A DNA stretch of 64,000 bases from Eledone cirrhosa. Lineage: Eukaryota. This document shows, piece by piece, positions 51,101 through 63,700 of this stretch. The notes beneath the pieces were generated by a model that was not told the origin of the DNA, did no database searches, and saw only the letters and a program-made list of their open reading frames with translations. A program made the translations under genes and the position numbers. Every line of letters begins with the position of its first letter. The first letter of the stretch is position 1. The DNA lies in contig OZ024741.1 of NCBI GenBank assembly GCA_964016885.1, positions 7,316,001 to 7,380,000 of the forward strand, in the 5' to 3' direction.

Positions 51101-52140
51101 GAAAGTCGGTGGTATTGTGGTTAGGGGAGATGGGTTCACAATAGTAGGGTGGTGTGTTGTGAAGGTCGGTGGTTTAGTGGTTAGGGGTGATGGGTTCAGA
51201 ATAGTAAGGTGGTGTGTTGTGAAGGTCGGTGGTTTAGTGGTTAGAGGTGATGGGTTCAGAATAGTAAGGTGGTGTGTTGTGAAGGTCGGTGGTTTAGTGG
51301 TTAGGGGTGATGGGTTCAGAATAGTAAGATGGTGTGTTGTGAAGGTCGGTGGTTTAGTGGTTAGGGGTGATGGGTTCAGAATAGTAAGGTGGTGTGTTGT
51401 GAAGGTCGGTGGTTTAGTGGTTAGGGGTGATGGGTTCAGAATTGTAAGGTGGTGTGTTGTGAAGGTCGGTGGTTTAGTGGTTAGGGGTGATGGGTTCAGA
51501 ATAGTAAGGTGGTGTGTTGTGAAGGTCGGTGGTATAGTGGTTAGGAGTGACGGGTTCACAATAGTAAGGTGGTGTGTTGTGAAGGTCGGTGGTTTAGTGT
51601 TTAGGGGTGACGGGTTCACAATATTAAGGTGGTGTGTTGTGAAAGTCGGTGGTTTAGTGGTTAGGGGTGATGGGTTCACAATAGTAAGGTGGTGTGTTGT
51701 GAAGGTCGGTGGTTTAGTGGTTAGGGGTGACGGGTTCACAATGTTAAGGTGGTGTGTTGTGAAGGTCGGTGGTTTAGTGGTTAGGGGTGATGGGTTCAGA
51801 ATGGTAAGGTGGTGTGTTGTGAAGGTCGGTGGTTTAGTGGTTAGGGGTGATGGGTTCACAATAGTAAGGTGGTGTGTTGTGAAGGTCGGTGGTTTAGTGG
51901 TTAGGGGTGACGGGTCAACAATGGTAAGGTGGTGTCTTGTGAAGGTCGGTGGTTTAGTGGTTAGGGGTGATGGGTTCACAATGGTAAGGCGGGATGTTGT
52001 GAAGGTCGGAGGTTTAGTCATTAGGGGTGATGGGTTCACAATGGTAAGGTGTTGTGTGGTGAAGGTCGGTGGTTTAGTGGTTAGGGGTGATGGGTTCACA
52101 AAGGTAAGGTGGTGTGTTGTGAAGGTCGGTGGTTTAGTGG
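39130..52140 (+). repeat. About 4.4-kb higher-order repeat, three copies: 43240-47675 and 47675-52140 at exact period 4,435, and an older copy at about 39130-43240 (offset about 4,374)
   Basis: ORF offsets are +4435 (44487/48922, 44726/49161, 45070/49505, 45564/49999, 45968/50403, 46582/51017) and +4374 (40113/44487). The landmark 'gtcttgaaggggtggtgg' is at about 40012, 44387 and 48821. 'gagttcacgagagtacgg' is at about 43282 and 47717. Confidence 0.93.
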
Positions 52141-55100
52141 TTAGGGGTGATGGGTTCACAATGGTAAGGCGGGATGTTGTGAAGGTCGGAGGTTTAGTGA
52201 TTAGGGGTGATGGGTTCACAATGGTAAGGTGGTGTGTGGTGAAGGTCGGTGGTTTAGTGGTTAGGGGTGATGGTTTCACAATGGTAAGGTGGTGTGTTGT
52301 GAAGGTCGGTGGTTTAGTGGTTAGGGGTGATGGGTTCACAATGGTAAGGTGGTGTGTTGTGAAGGTCGGTGGTTTAGTGGTTAGGGGTGATGGGTTCACA
52401 ATAGTGAGGTGGTGTGTTGTGAAAGTCGGTGGATTTGTGGTTAGGGGTTGGGTTCACAATGGTAAGGTGGTGTGTTGTGAAGGTCGGTGGTTTAGTGGTT
52501 AGGAGAGATGGGTTCACAATAGTAAGGTGGTCTGTTGTGAAGGTCGGTGGTTTAGTGGTTAGGGGTGATGGGTTCACTATGGTATGGTGTTGTGTTGTGA
52601 AAGTCGGTGGTTTAGTGGTTAGGGGTGATGGGTTCACAATGGTAAGGTGGTGTGTTGTGAAGGTCGGTGGTTTAGTGGTTAGGGGTGATGGGTTCACAAT
52701 GGTAAGGTGGTGTGTTGTGAAGGTCGGTGGTTCAGTGGTTAGGAGTGAAGGGTTCACAATTGTAAGGTGGTGTGTGGTGAAGATAGGTGGTTTAGTGGTT
52801 AGGGGTAGTGTTTTAACAATGGTAAGGTGGTGTGTTGTGAAGGTCGGTGGTTTAGTGGTTAGAGGTGATGGGTTCACAATGATAAGGTGGTGTGTTGTGA
52901 AGGTCGGTGGTTTAGTAGTTAGGGGTAATGAGTTCACGAGAGTACGGTGGTGTGTTGTGAAGGTCGGTAGTTTAGAAGTTAGGGGTGATGGGTTCACAAT
53001 GGTAAGGTGGTGTGTTGTGAAGGTCGGTGGTTTAGTGGTTAGGGGTGATGGGTTCACAATAGTGAGGTGGTGTGTTGTGAAGGTCGGTGGATTTGTGGTT
53101 AGGGGTTGGGTTCACAATGGTAAGGTGGTGTGTTGTGAAGGTCGGTGGTTTAGTGGTTAGGAGAGATGGGTTCACAATAGTAAGGTGGTCTATTGTGAAG
53201 GTCGGTGGTTTAGTGGTTAGGGGTGATGGGTTCACTATGGTATGGTGTTGTGTTGTGAAAGTCGGTGGTTTAGTGGTTAGGGGTGATGGGTTCAGAATAG
53301 TAAGGTGGTGTGTTGTGAAGGTCGGTGGTTTTGTGGTTAGTGTTGATGGGTTCACAATGGTAAGGTGGTGTGTTGTGAAGGTCGGTGGTTTAGTGGTTAG
53401 GGGTGATGGGTTCACAATAGTAATGTGGTGTGTTGTGAAGGTCGGTGGTTTAGTGGTTAGGGGAGATGGGTTCACAATAGTAAGGTGGTGTTTTGTGAAG
53501 GTCGGTGGTTTAGTGGTTATGGGTGATGGGTTCAAAATAGTAAGGTGGTGTGTTGTGAAGGTCGGTGGTTTAGTGGTTAGGGGTGATGCGTTCAGAAAAG
53601 TAAGGTGGTGTGTTGTAAAGGTCGGTGGTTTAGTGGTTAGGGGAGATGGGTTCACAATGGTAAGGTGGTGTGTTTTGAAGTCGGTGGTTTAGAGGTTAGG
53701 GGTGATGGGTTCACAATGGTAAGGTGGTGTGTTGTGAAGGTCGGTGGTTTAGTGGTTAGGGGTGATGGGTTCAGAATAGTAAGGTGGTGTGTTGTGAAGG
53801 TCGGTGGTTTAGTGGTTACGGGTGATGGGTTCAGAATAGTAAGGTGGTGTGTTGTGAAGGTCGGTGGTTTAGTGGTTAGGGGTGATGGGTTCAGAATAGT
53901 AAGGTGGTGTGTTGTGAAGGTCGGTGGTTTAGTGGTTAGGAGTGACGGGTTCACAATAGTAAGGTGGTGTGTTGTGAAGGTCGGTGGTTTAGTGGTTAGG
54001 GGTGACGGGTTCACAATATTAAGGTGGTGTGTTGTGAAAGTCGGTGGTTTAGTGGTTAGGGGTGATGGGTTCACAATAGTCAGGTGGTGTGTTGTGAAGG
54101 TCGGTGGTTTAGTGGTTAGGGGTGATGGGTTCACAATGGTATGGTCGTGTTTTGTGAAGGTCGGTGGTTTAGTGGTTAGGGGTGATGTGTTCACAATGTT
54201 AAGGCGGGATGTTGTGAAGGTCGGTGGTTTAGTGGTTAGGGGTGATGGGTTCACAATGGTAAGGTGGTGTGTTGTGAAGGTCGGTGGTTTAGTGGTTAGG
54301 GGTGATGGGTTCAGAATAGTAAGGTGGTGTGTTTTGAAGGTCGGTGGTTTAGTGGTTAGGGGTGATGGATTTACAAGGGTAAGGTGGTGTGTTGTGAAGA
54401 TCGGTGGTTTAGTGGTTAGGGTTGATGGGTTCACAATGGTAAGGTGGTGTGTTGTGAAGGTCAGTGGTTTAGTGGTTAAGAGTGAGGGGTTCAGAATAGT
54501 AAGGTGGTGTGTTGTGAAGGTCGGTGGTTTAGTGGTTAGAGGTGATGGGTTCACAATGGTAAGGTGGTGTGTTGTGAAGGTCGGTGGTTTAGTAGTTAGG
54601 GGTAATGAGTTCACGATAGTACGGTGGTGTGTTGTGAAGGTCGGTAGTTTAGAAGTTAGGGGTGATGGGTTCACAATGGTAAGGTGGTGTGTTGTGAAGG
54701 TCGGTGGTTTAGTGGTTAGGGGTGATGGGTTCACAATAGTGAGGTGGTGTGTTGTGAAGGTCGGTGGATTTGTGGTTAGTTTTGATGTGTTCACAATGGT
54801 AAGGTGGTGTGTTGTGAAGGTCGGTGGTTTAGTGGTTAGGGGTGATGGGTTCACAATAGTAAGGTGGTGTGTTGTGAAGGTCGGTGGTTTAGTGGTTAGG
54901 GGAGATGGGTTCACAATAGTAAGGTGGTGTTTTGTGAAGGTCGGTGGTTTAGTGGTTATGGGTGATGGGTTCAAAATAGTAAGGTGGTGTGTTGTGAAGG
55001 TCGGTGGTTTAGTGGTTAGGGGTGATGGGTTCACAATAGTAAGGTGGTGTGTTGTAAAGGTCGGTGGTTTAGTGGTTAGGGGAGATGGGTTCACAATAGT

Positions 55101-55769
55101 GAGGTGGTGTGTTGTGAAGGTCGGTGGTTTTGTGGTTAGGGGTGATGGGTTCACAATGGTAAGGCGTTGTGTTGTGAATGTCGGTGGTTTAGTGGTTAGG
55201 GGTGATGGGTTCAGAATAGTAAGGTGGTGTGTTGTGAAGGTCGGTGGTTTTGTGGTTAGGCGTGATGTGTTCGCAATGGTAAGGTGGTGTGTTCTGAAGC
55301 TCGGTGGTTTAGTGGTTAGGGGTGATGGGTTCACAATAGTAAGGTGGTGTGTTGTGAAGGTCGGTGGTTTAGTGGTTAGGGTTGATGGGTTCACAATGGT
55401 AAGGTGGTGTGTTTTGAAGTCGGTGGTTTAGTGGTGAGGGGTGATGGGTTCACAATGGTAAGGTGGTGTGTTGTGAAGGTCGGTGGTTTAGTGGTTAGGA
55501 GTGAGGGGTTCACAATAGTAAGGTGGTGTGTTGTGAAGGTCGGTGGTTTAGTTGTTAGGGGTGATGGGTTAACAATGGTATGGTGTTGTGTTGTGAAAGT
55601 TGGTGGTTTAGTGGTTAGGGGAGATGGGTTCACAATAGTAGGGTGGTGTGTTGTGAAGGTCGGTGGTTTACTGGTTAGGGGTGATGGGTTCAGAATAGTA
55701 AGGTGGTGTGTTGTGAAGGTCGGTGGTTTAGTGGTTAGAGGTGATGGGTTCAGAATAGTAAGGTGGTGT

Positions 55770-57730
55770 GTTGTGAAGGTCGGTGGTTTAGTGGTTAGGG
55801 GTGATGGGTTCAGAATAGTAAGGTGGCGTGTTGTGAAGGTCGGTGGTTTAGTGGTTAGGGGTGATGGGTTCAGAATAGTAAGGTGGCGTGTTGTGAAGGT
55901 CGGTGGTATAGTGGTTAGGGGTGATGGGTTCAGAATAGTAAGGTGGTGTGTTGTGAAGGTCGGTGGTTTAGTGGTTAGGGGTGATGGGTTCAGAATAGTA
56001 AGGTGGCGTGTTGTGAAGGTCGGTGGTATAGTGGTTAGGGGTGATGGGTTCAGAATAGTAAGGTGGTGTGTTGTGAAGGTCGGTGGTATAGTGGTTAGGA
56101 GTGACGGGTTCACAATAGTAAGGTGGTGTGTTGTGAAGGTCGGTGGTTTAGTGGTTAGGGGTGACGGGTTCACAATATTAAGGTGGTGTGTTGTGAAAGT
56201 CGGTGGTTTAGTGGTTAGGGGTGATGGGTTCACAATAGTAAGGTGGTGTGTTGTGAAGGTCGGTGGTTTAGTGGTTAGGGGTGACGGGTTCACAATGGTA
56301 AGGTGGTGTGTTGTGAAGGTCGGTGGTTTAGTGGTTAGGGGTGATGGGTTCAGAATAGTAAGGTGGTGTGTTGTTAAGGTCGGTGGTTTAGTGGTTAGGG
56401 GTGATGGGTTCACAATAGTAAGGTGGTGTGTTGTGAAGGTCGGTGGTTAAGTGGTTAGGGGTGACGGGTTCACAATGGTAAGGTGGTGTCTTGTGAAGGT
56501 CGGTGGTTTAGTGGTTAGGGGTGATGGGTTCACAATGGTAAGGCGGGATGTTGTGAAGTTCGGAGGTTTAGTGATTATGGGTGATGGGTTCACAATGGTA
56601 AGGTGGTGTGCTGTGAAGGTCTGTGGTTTAGTGGTTAGGGGTGATGTGTTCACAATGGTAAGGTCGTGTGTTGTGAAGGTCGGTGGTTTAGTTGTTAGGG
56701 GTGATGGGTTCATAATGGTAAGGTGATGTGTTGTGAAGGTCGGTGGTTTAGTGGTTAGGGGTGATGGGTTCAGAATAGTAAGGTGGCGTGTTGTGAAGGT
56801 CGGTGGTTTAGTGGTTAGGGGTGATGGGTTCAGAATAGTAAGGTGGCGTGTTGTGAAGGTCGGTGGTATAGTGGTTAGGGGTGATGGGTTCAGAATAGTA
56901 AGGTGGTGTGTTGTGAAGGTCGGTGGTTTAGTGGTTAGGGGTGATGGGTTCAGAATAGTAAGGTGGCGTGTTGTGAAGGTCGGTGGTATAGTGGTTAGGG
57001 GTGATGGGTTCAGAATAGTAAGGTGGTGTGTTGTGAAGGTCGGTGGTATAGTGGTTAGGAGTGACGGGTTCACAATAGTAAGGTGGTGTGTTGTGAAGGT
57101 CGGTGGTTTAGTGGTTAGGGGTGACGGGTTCACAATATTAAGGTGGTGTGTTGTGAAAGTCGGTGGTTTAGTGGTTAGGGGTGATGGGTTCACAATAGTA
57201 AGGTGGTGTGTTGTGAAGGTCGGTGGTTTAGTGGTTAGGGGTGACGGGTTCACAATGGTAAGGTGGTGTGTTGTGAAGGTCGGTGGTTTAGTGGTTAGGG
57301 GTGATGGGTTCAGAATAGTAAGGTGGTGTGTTGTTAAGGTCGGTGGTTTAGTGGTTAGGGGTGATGGGTTCACAATAGTAAGGTGGTGTGTTGTGAAGGT
57401 CGGTGGTTAAGTGGTTAGGGGTGACGGGTTCACAATGGTAAGGTGGTGTCTTGTGAAGGTCGGTGGTTTAGTGGTTAGGGGTGATGGGTTCACAATGGTA
57501 AGGCGGGATGTTGTGAAGTTCGGAGGTTTAGTGATTATGGGTGATGGGTTCACAATGGTAAGGTGGTGTGCTGTGAAGGTCTGTGGTTTAGTGGTTAGGG
57601 GTGATGTGTTCACAATGGTAAGGTCGTGTGTTGTGAAGGTCGGTGGTTTAGTTGTTAGGGGTGATGGGTTCATAATGGTAAGGTGATGTGTTGTGAAGGT
57701 CGGTGGTTTAGTGGTTAGGGGTGATGGGTT
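55770..57730 (+). repeat. 16-monomer (960 bp) tandem duplication nested in the first 3-kb copy
   Basis: Lines 55801-56701 equal 56761-57661 (e.g. 'cggtggttaa' at 56441/57401 and 'cataatggtaaggtgatg' at 56711/57671). Confidence 0.93.
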
Positions 57731-58769
57731 CACAATGGTAAGGTGGTGTGTTGTGAAGGTCGGTGATTTAGTGGTTAGGGGTGATGGGTTCAAAATAGTA
57801 AATTGGTGTGTTGTGAAGGTCGGTTGTTTACTGGTTAGGGCTGATGGCTTCACCATGGTAAGGTGGTGTGTTGTGAAGGTCGGTGGTTTAGTGGTTAGGG
57901 GTGATGGGTTCAAAATGGTAAGGTGGTGTGTTGTGAAGGTCGGTGGTTTAGTGGTTAGGGGTGATGGGTTCACAATGGTAAGGCGGGATGTTGTGAAGGT
58001 CGGAGGTTTAGTGATTAGGGGTGATGGGTTCACAATGGTAAGGTGGTGTGTGGTGAAGGTCGGTGGTTTAGTGGTTAGGGGTGATGGTTTCACAATGGTA
58101 AGGTGGTGTGTTGTGAAAGTCGGTGGTTTTGTGGTTAGGAGTGAGGGGTTCACAATAGTAAGGTGGTGTGTTGTGAAGGTCGGTGGTTTAGTGGTTAGGG
58201 GTGATGGGTTCACAATAGTAAGGTGGTGTGTTGTGAAGATCGGTGGTTTAGTGGTTAGGGTTGATGGGTTCACAATGGTAAGGTGGTGTGTTGTGAAGGT
58301 CGGTGGTATTGTGGTTAGGCGTGATGTGTTCGCAATGGTAAGGTGGTGTGTTCTGAAGGTCGGTGGTTTAGTGGTTAGGGGTGATGGGTTCACAATAGTA
58401 AGGTGGTGTGATGTGAAGGTCGGTGGTTTAGTGGTTAGGGTTGATGGGTTCACAATGGTAAGGTGGTGTGTTGTGAAGGTCGGTGGTTTAGTGGTTAGGA
58501 GTGAGGGGTTCACAATAGTAAGGTGGTGTGTTGTGAAGGTCGGTGGTTTAGTGGGTAGGGGTGATGGGTTAACAATGGTATGGTGTTGTGTTGTGAAAGT
58601 TGGTGGTTTAGTGGTTAGGGGAGATGGGTTCACAATAGTAGGGTGGTGTGTTGTGAAGGTCGGTGGTTTACTGGTTAGGGGTGATGGGTTCAGAATAGTA
58701 AGGTGGTGTGTTGTGAAGGTCGGTGGTTTAGTGGTTAGAGGTGATGGGTTCAGAATAGTAAGGTGGTGT

Positions 58770-60730
58770 GTTGTGAAGGTCGGTGGTTTAGTGGTTAGGG
58801 GTGATGGGTTCAGAATAGTAAGGTGGCGTGTTGTGAAGGTCGGTGGTTTAGTGGTTAGGGGTGATGGGTTCAGAATAGTAAGGTGGCGTGTTGTGAAGGT
58901 CGGTGGTATAGTGGTTAGGGGTGATGGGTTCAGAATAGTAAGGTGGTGTGTTGTGAAGGTCGGTGGTTTAGTGGTTAGGGGTGATGGGTTCAGAATAGTA
59001 AGGTGGCGTGTTGTGAAGGTCGGTGGTATAGTGGTTAGGGGTGATGGGTTCAGAATAGTAAGGTGGTGTGTTGTGAAGGTCGGTGGTATAGTGGTTAGGA
59101 GTGACGGGTTCACAATAGTAAGGTGGTGTGTTGTGAAGGTCGGTGGTTTAGTGGTTAGGGGTGACGGGTTCACAATATTAAGGTGGTGTGTTGTGAAAGT
59201 CGGTGGTTTAGTGGTTAGGGGTGATGGGTTCACAATAGTAAGGTGGTGTGTTGTGAAGGTCGGTGGTTTAGTGGTTAGGGGTGACGGGTTCACAATGGTA
59301 AGGTGGTGTGTTGTGAAGGTCGGTGGTTTAGTGGTTAGGGGTGATGGGTTCAGAATAGTAAGGTGGTGTGTTGTTAAGGTCGGTGGTTTAGTGGTTAGGG
59401 GTGATGGGTTCACAATAGTAAGGTGGTGTGTTGTGAAGGTCGGTGGTTAAGTGGTTAGGGGTGACGGGTTCACAATGGTAAGGTGGTGTCTTGTGAAGGT
59501 CGGTGGTTTAGTGGTTAGGGGTGATGGGTTCACAATGGTAAGGCGGGATGTTGTGAAGTTCGGAGGTTTAGTGATTATGGGTGATGGGTTCACAATGGTA
59601 AGGTGGTGTGCTGTGAAGGTCTGTGGTTTAGTGGTTAGGGGTGATGTGTTCACAATGGTAAGGTCGTGTGTTGTGAAGGTCGGTGGTTTAGTTGTTAGGG
59701 GTGATGGGTTCATAATGGTAAGGTGATGTGTTGTGAAGGTCGGTGGTTTAGTGGTTAGGGGTGATGGGTTCAGAATAGTAAGGTGGCGTGTTGTGAAGGT
59801 CGGTGGTTTAGTGGTTAGGGGTGATGGGTTCAGAATAGTAAGGTGGCGTGTTGTGAAGGTCGGTGGTATAGTGGTTAGGGGTGATGGGTTCAGAATAGTA
59901 AGGTGGTGTGTTGTGAAGGTCGGTGGTTTAGTGGTTAGGGGTGATGGGTTCAGAATAGTAAGGTGGCGTGTTGTGAAGGTCGGTGGTATAGTGGTTAGGG
60001 GTGATGGGTTCAGAATAGTAAGGTGGTGTGTTGTGAAGGTCGGTGGTATAGTGGTTAGGAGTGACGGGTTCACAATAGTAAGGTGGTGTGTTGTGAAGGT
60101 CGGTGGTTTAGTGGTTAGGGGTGACGGGTTCACAATATTAAGGTGGTGTGTTGTGAAAGTCGGTGGTTTAGTGGTTAGGGGTGATGGGTTCACAATAGTA
60201 AGGTGGTGTGTTGTGAAGGTCGGTGGTTTAGTGGTTAGGGGTGACGGGTTCACAATGGTAAGGTGGTGTGTTGTGAAGGTCGGTGGTTTAGTGGTTAGGG
60301 GTGATGGGTTCAGAATAGTAAGGTGGTGTGTTGTTAAGGTCGGTGGTTTAGTGGTTAGGGGTGATGGGTTCACAATAGTAAGGTGGTGTGTTGTGAAGGT
60401 CGGTGGTTAAGTGGTTAGGGGTGACGGGTTCACAATGGTAAGGTGGTGTCTTGTGAAGGTCGGTGGTTTAGTGGTTAGGGGTGATGGGTTCACAATGGTA
60501 AGGCGGGATGTTGTGAAGTTCGGAGGTTTAGTGATTATGGGTGATGGGTTCACAATGGTAAGGTGGTGTGCTGTGAAGGTCTGTGGTTTAGTGGTTAGGG
60601 GTGATGTGTTCACAATGGTAAGGTCGTGTGTTGTGAAGGTCGGTGGTTTAGTTGTTAGGGGTGATGGGTTCATAATGGTAAGGTGATGTGTTGTGAAGGT
60701 CGGTGGTTTAGTGGTTAGGGGTGATGGGTT
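58770..60730 (+). repeat. 16-monomer (960 bp) tandem duplication nested in the second 3-kb copy
   Basis: Lines 58801-59701 equal 59761-60661. ORF pair 59451/60411. Confidence 0.93.
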
Positions 60731-63700
60731 CACAATGGTAAGGTGGTGTGTTGTGAAGGTCGGTGATTTAGTGGTTAGGGGTGATGGGTTCAAAATAGTA
60801 AATTGGTGTGTTGTGAAGGTCGGTTGTTTACTGGTTAGGGCTGATGGCTTCACCATGGTAAGGTGGTGTGTTGTGAAGGTCGGTGGTTTAGTGGTTAGGG
60901 GTGATGGGTTCAAAATGGTAAGGTGGTGTGTTGTGAAGGTCGGTGGTTTAGTGGTTAGGGGTGATGGGTTCACAATGGTAAGGCGGGATGTTGTGAAGGT
61001 CGGAGGTTTAGTGATTAGGGGTGATGGGTTCACAATGGTAAGGTGGTGTGTGGTGAAGGTCGGTGGTTTAGTGGTTAGGGGTGATGGTTTCACAATGGTA
61101 AGGTGGTGTGTTGTGAAAGTCGGTGGTTTTGTGGTTAGGAGTGAGGGGTTCACAATAGTAAGGTGGTGTGTTGTGAAGGTCGGTGGTTTAGTGGTTAGGG
61201 GTGATGGGTTCACAATAGTAAGGTGGTGTGTTGTGAAGATCGGTGGTTTAGTGGTTAGGGTTGATGGGTTCACAATGGTAAGGTGGTGTGTTGTGAAGGT
61301 CGGTGGTATTGTGGTTAGGCGTGATGTGTTCGCAATGGTAAGGTGGTGTGTTCTGAAGGTCGGTGGTTTAGTGGTTAGGGGTGATGGGTTCACAATAGTA
61401 AGGTGGTGTGATGTGAAGGTCGGTGGTTTAGTGGTTAGGGTTGATGGGTTCACAATGGTAAGGTGGTGTGTTTTGAAGTCGGTGGTTTAGTGGTTAGGGG
61501 TGATGGGTTCACAATGGTAAGGTGGTGTGTTGTGAAGGTCGGTGGTTTAGTGGTTAGGAGTGAGGGGTTCACAATAGTAAGGTGGTGTGTTGTGAAGGTC
61601 GGTGGTTTAGTGGTTAGGGGTGATGGGTTCACAATGGTATGGTGTTGTGTTGTGAAAGTCGGTGGTTTAGTGGTTAGGGGAGATGGGTTCACAATAGTAG
61701 GGTGGTGTGTTGTGAAGGTCGGTGGTTTACTGGTTAGGGGTGATGGGTTCAGAATAGTAAGGTGGTGTGTTGTGAAGGTCGGTGGTTTAGTGGTTAGAGG
61801 TGATGGGTTCAGAATAGTAAGGTGGTGTGTTGTGAAGGTCGGTGGTTTAGTGGTTAGCGGTGATGGGTTCAGAATAGTAAGGTGGTGTGTTGTGAAGGTC
61901 GGTGGTTTAGTGGTTAGGGGTGATGGGTTCAGAATAGTAAGGTGGCGTGTTGTGAAGGTCGGTGGTTTAGTGGTTAGGGGTGATGGGTTCAGAATAGTAA
62001 GGTGGTGTGTTGTGAAGGTCGGTGGTATAGTGGTTAGGAGTGACGGGTTCACAATAGTAAGGTGGTGTGTTGTGAAGGTCGGTGGTTTAGTGGTTAGGGG
62101 TGATGGGTTAACAATATTAAGGTGGTGTGTTGTGAAAGTCGGTGGTTTAGTGGTTAGGGGTGATGGGTTCACAATAGTAAGGTGGTGTGTTGTGAAGGTC
62201 GGTGGTTTAGTGGTTAGGGGTGACGGGTTCACAATGGTAAGGTGGTGTGTTGTGAAGGTCGGTGGTTTCGTGGTTAGGGGTGATGGGTTCAAAATAGTAA
62301 GGTGGTGTGTTGTGAAGGTCGGTTGTTTACTGGTTAGGGCTGATGGCTTCACAATGGTAAGGTGGTGTGTTGTGAAGGTCGGTGGTTTAGTGGTTAGGGG
62401 TGATGGGTTCACAATGGTAAGGTGGTGTGTTGTGAAGGTCGGTGGTTTAGTGGTTAGGGGTGATGGGTTCACAATGGTAAGGCGGGATGTTGTGAAGGTC
62501 GGAGGTTTAGTGATTAGGGGTGATGGGTTCACAATGGTAAGTTGGTGTGTGGTGAAGGTCGGTGGTTTAGTGGTTAGGGGTGATTGTTTCACAATGGTAA
62601 GGTGGTGTGTTGTGAAGGTCGGTGGTTTAGTGGTTAGGGGTGATGGGTTCACAATGGTAAGGTGGTGTGTTGTGAAGGTCGGTGGTTCAGTGGTTAGGAG
62701 TGAAGGGTTCACAATTGTAAGGTGGTGTGTGGTGAAGATAGGTCGTTTAGTGGTTAGGGGTGACGGGTTCACAATGGTAAGGTGGTGTCTTGTGAAGGTC
62801 GGTGGTTTAGTGGTTAGGGGTGATGGGTTCACAATGGTAAGGCGGGATGTCGTGAAGGTCGGAGGTTTAGTGATTAGGGGTGATGGGTTCACAATGGTAA
62901 GGTGGTGTGTTGTGAAGGTCGGTGGTTTAGTGGTTAGAGGTGATGTGTTCACAATGGTAAGGTCGTGTGTTGTGAAGGTCGGTGGTTTAGTGGTTAGGGG
63001 TGATGGGTTCACAATGGTAAGGTGGTGTGTTGTGAAGGTCGGTGATTTAGTGGTTAAGGGTGATGGGTTCACAATGGTATGGTCGTGTGTTGTGAAGGTC
63101 GGTGGTTTAGTGGTTAGTGGTGATGGGTTCACAATGGTATGGTCGTGTGTTGTGAAGGTCGGTGGTTTAGTGGTTAGGAGTGATGGGTTCACAATGGTAA
63201 GGTGGTGTGTTGTGACGGTCGGTGGTTTAGTGGTTAGGAGTGATGGGTTCACAATGGTAAGGTGGAGTGTTGTGAAAGTCGGTGGTTTAGTGGTTAGGAG
63301 TGATGGGTTCTCAATGGTAAGGTGGTGTGTTGTGAAGGTCGGTGGTTTAGTGGTTAGGGGTAATGGGTTCACAATAGTAAGGTGGTGTGTTGTGAAGGTC
63401 GGTGATTTAGTGGTTAGGGGTTGATGCGTTCACAATGGTAAGGTGGTGTGTTGTGAAGGTCGGTAGTTCAGTGGTTAGAGGTGATGTGTTCACAATGGTA
63501 AGGTGGTGCGTTTTGAAGGTCGGTGGTCTAGTGGTTAGGTGTGATGGGTTCACAATGTTAAGGTGGTGTGTTGTGAAGGTCGGTGGTTTAGTGGTTAGAG
63601 GTGATGGGTTCACAATAGTAAGGTGGTGTGTTGTGAAGGTCGGTGGTTTAGTGGTTAGGGGTGATGGATTCAAATGGTAAGGTGGTGTGTTGTGAAGGTC

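Larger units (their letters stand above)
55442..61470 (+). repeat. 50-monomer (3,000 bp) near-perfect tandem duplication, indel-free
   Basis: Lines 55561-58381 match 58561-61381. ORF pairs 56447/59447, 57407/60407 and 57693/60693 are all +3000. Confidence 0.95.

Noticed and set aside
18-63680. Plus-strand ORFs (VVKVGGLVVRGDGFTMVRWC)n up to 870 aa, with repeated RGD motifs
   Set aside because: They are a translation of the 60-bp unit. They have no unique N- or C-terminus, are mirrored by equally long antisense ORFs, and are broken by dozens of frameshifts that are shared among HOR copies. The RGD motif is incidental.
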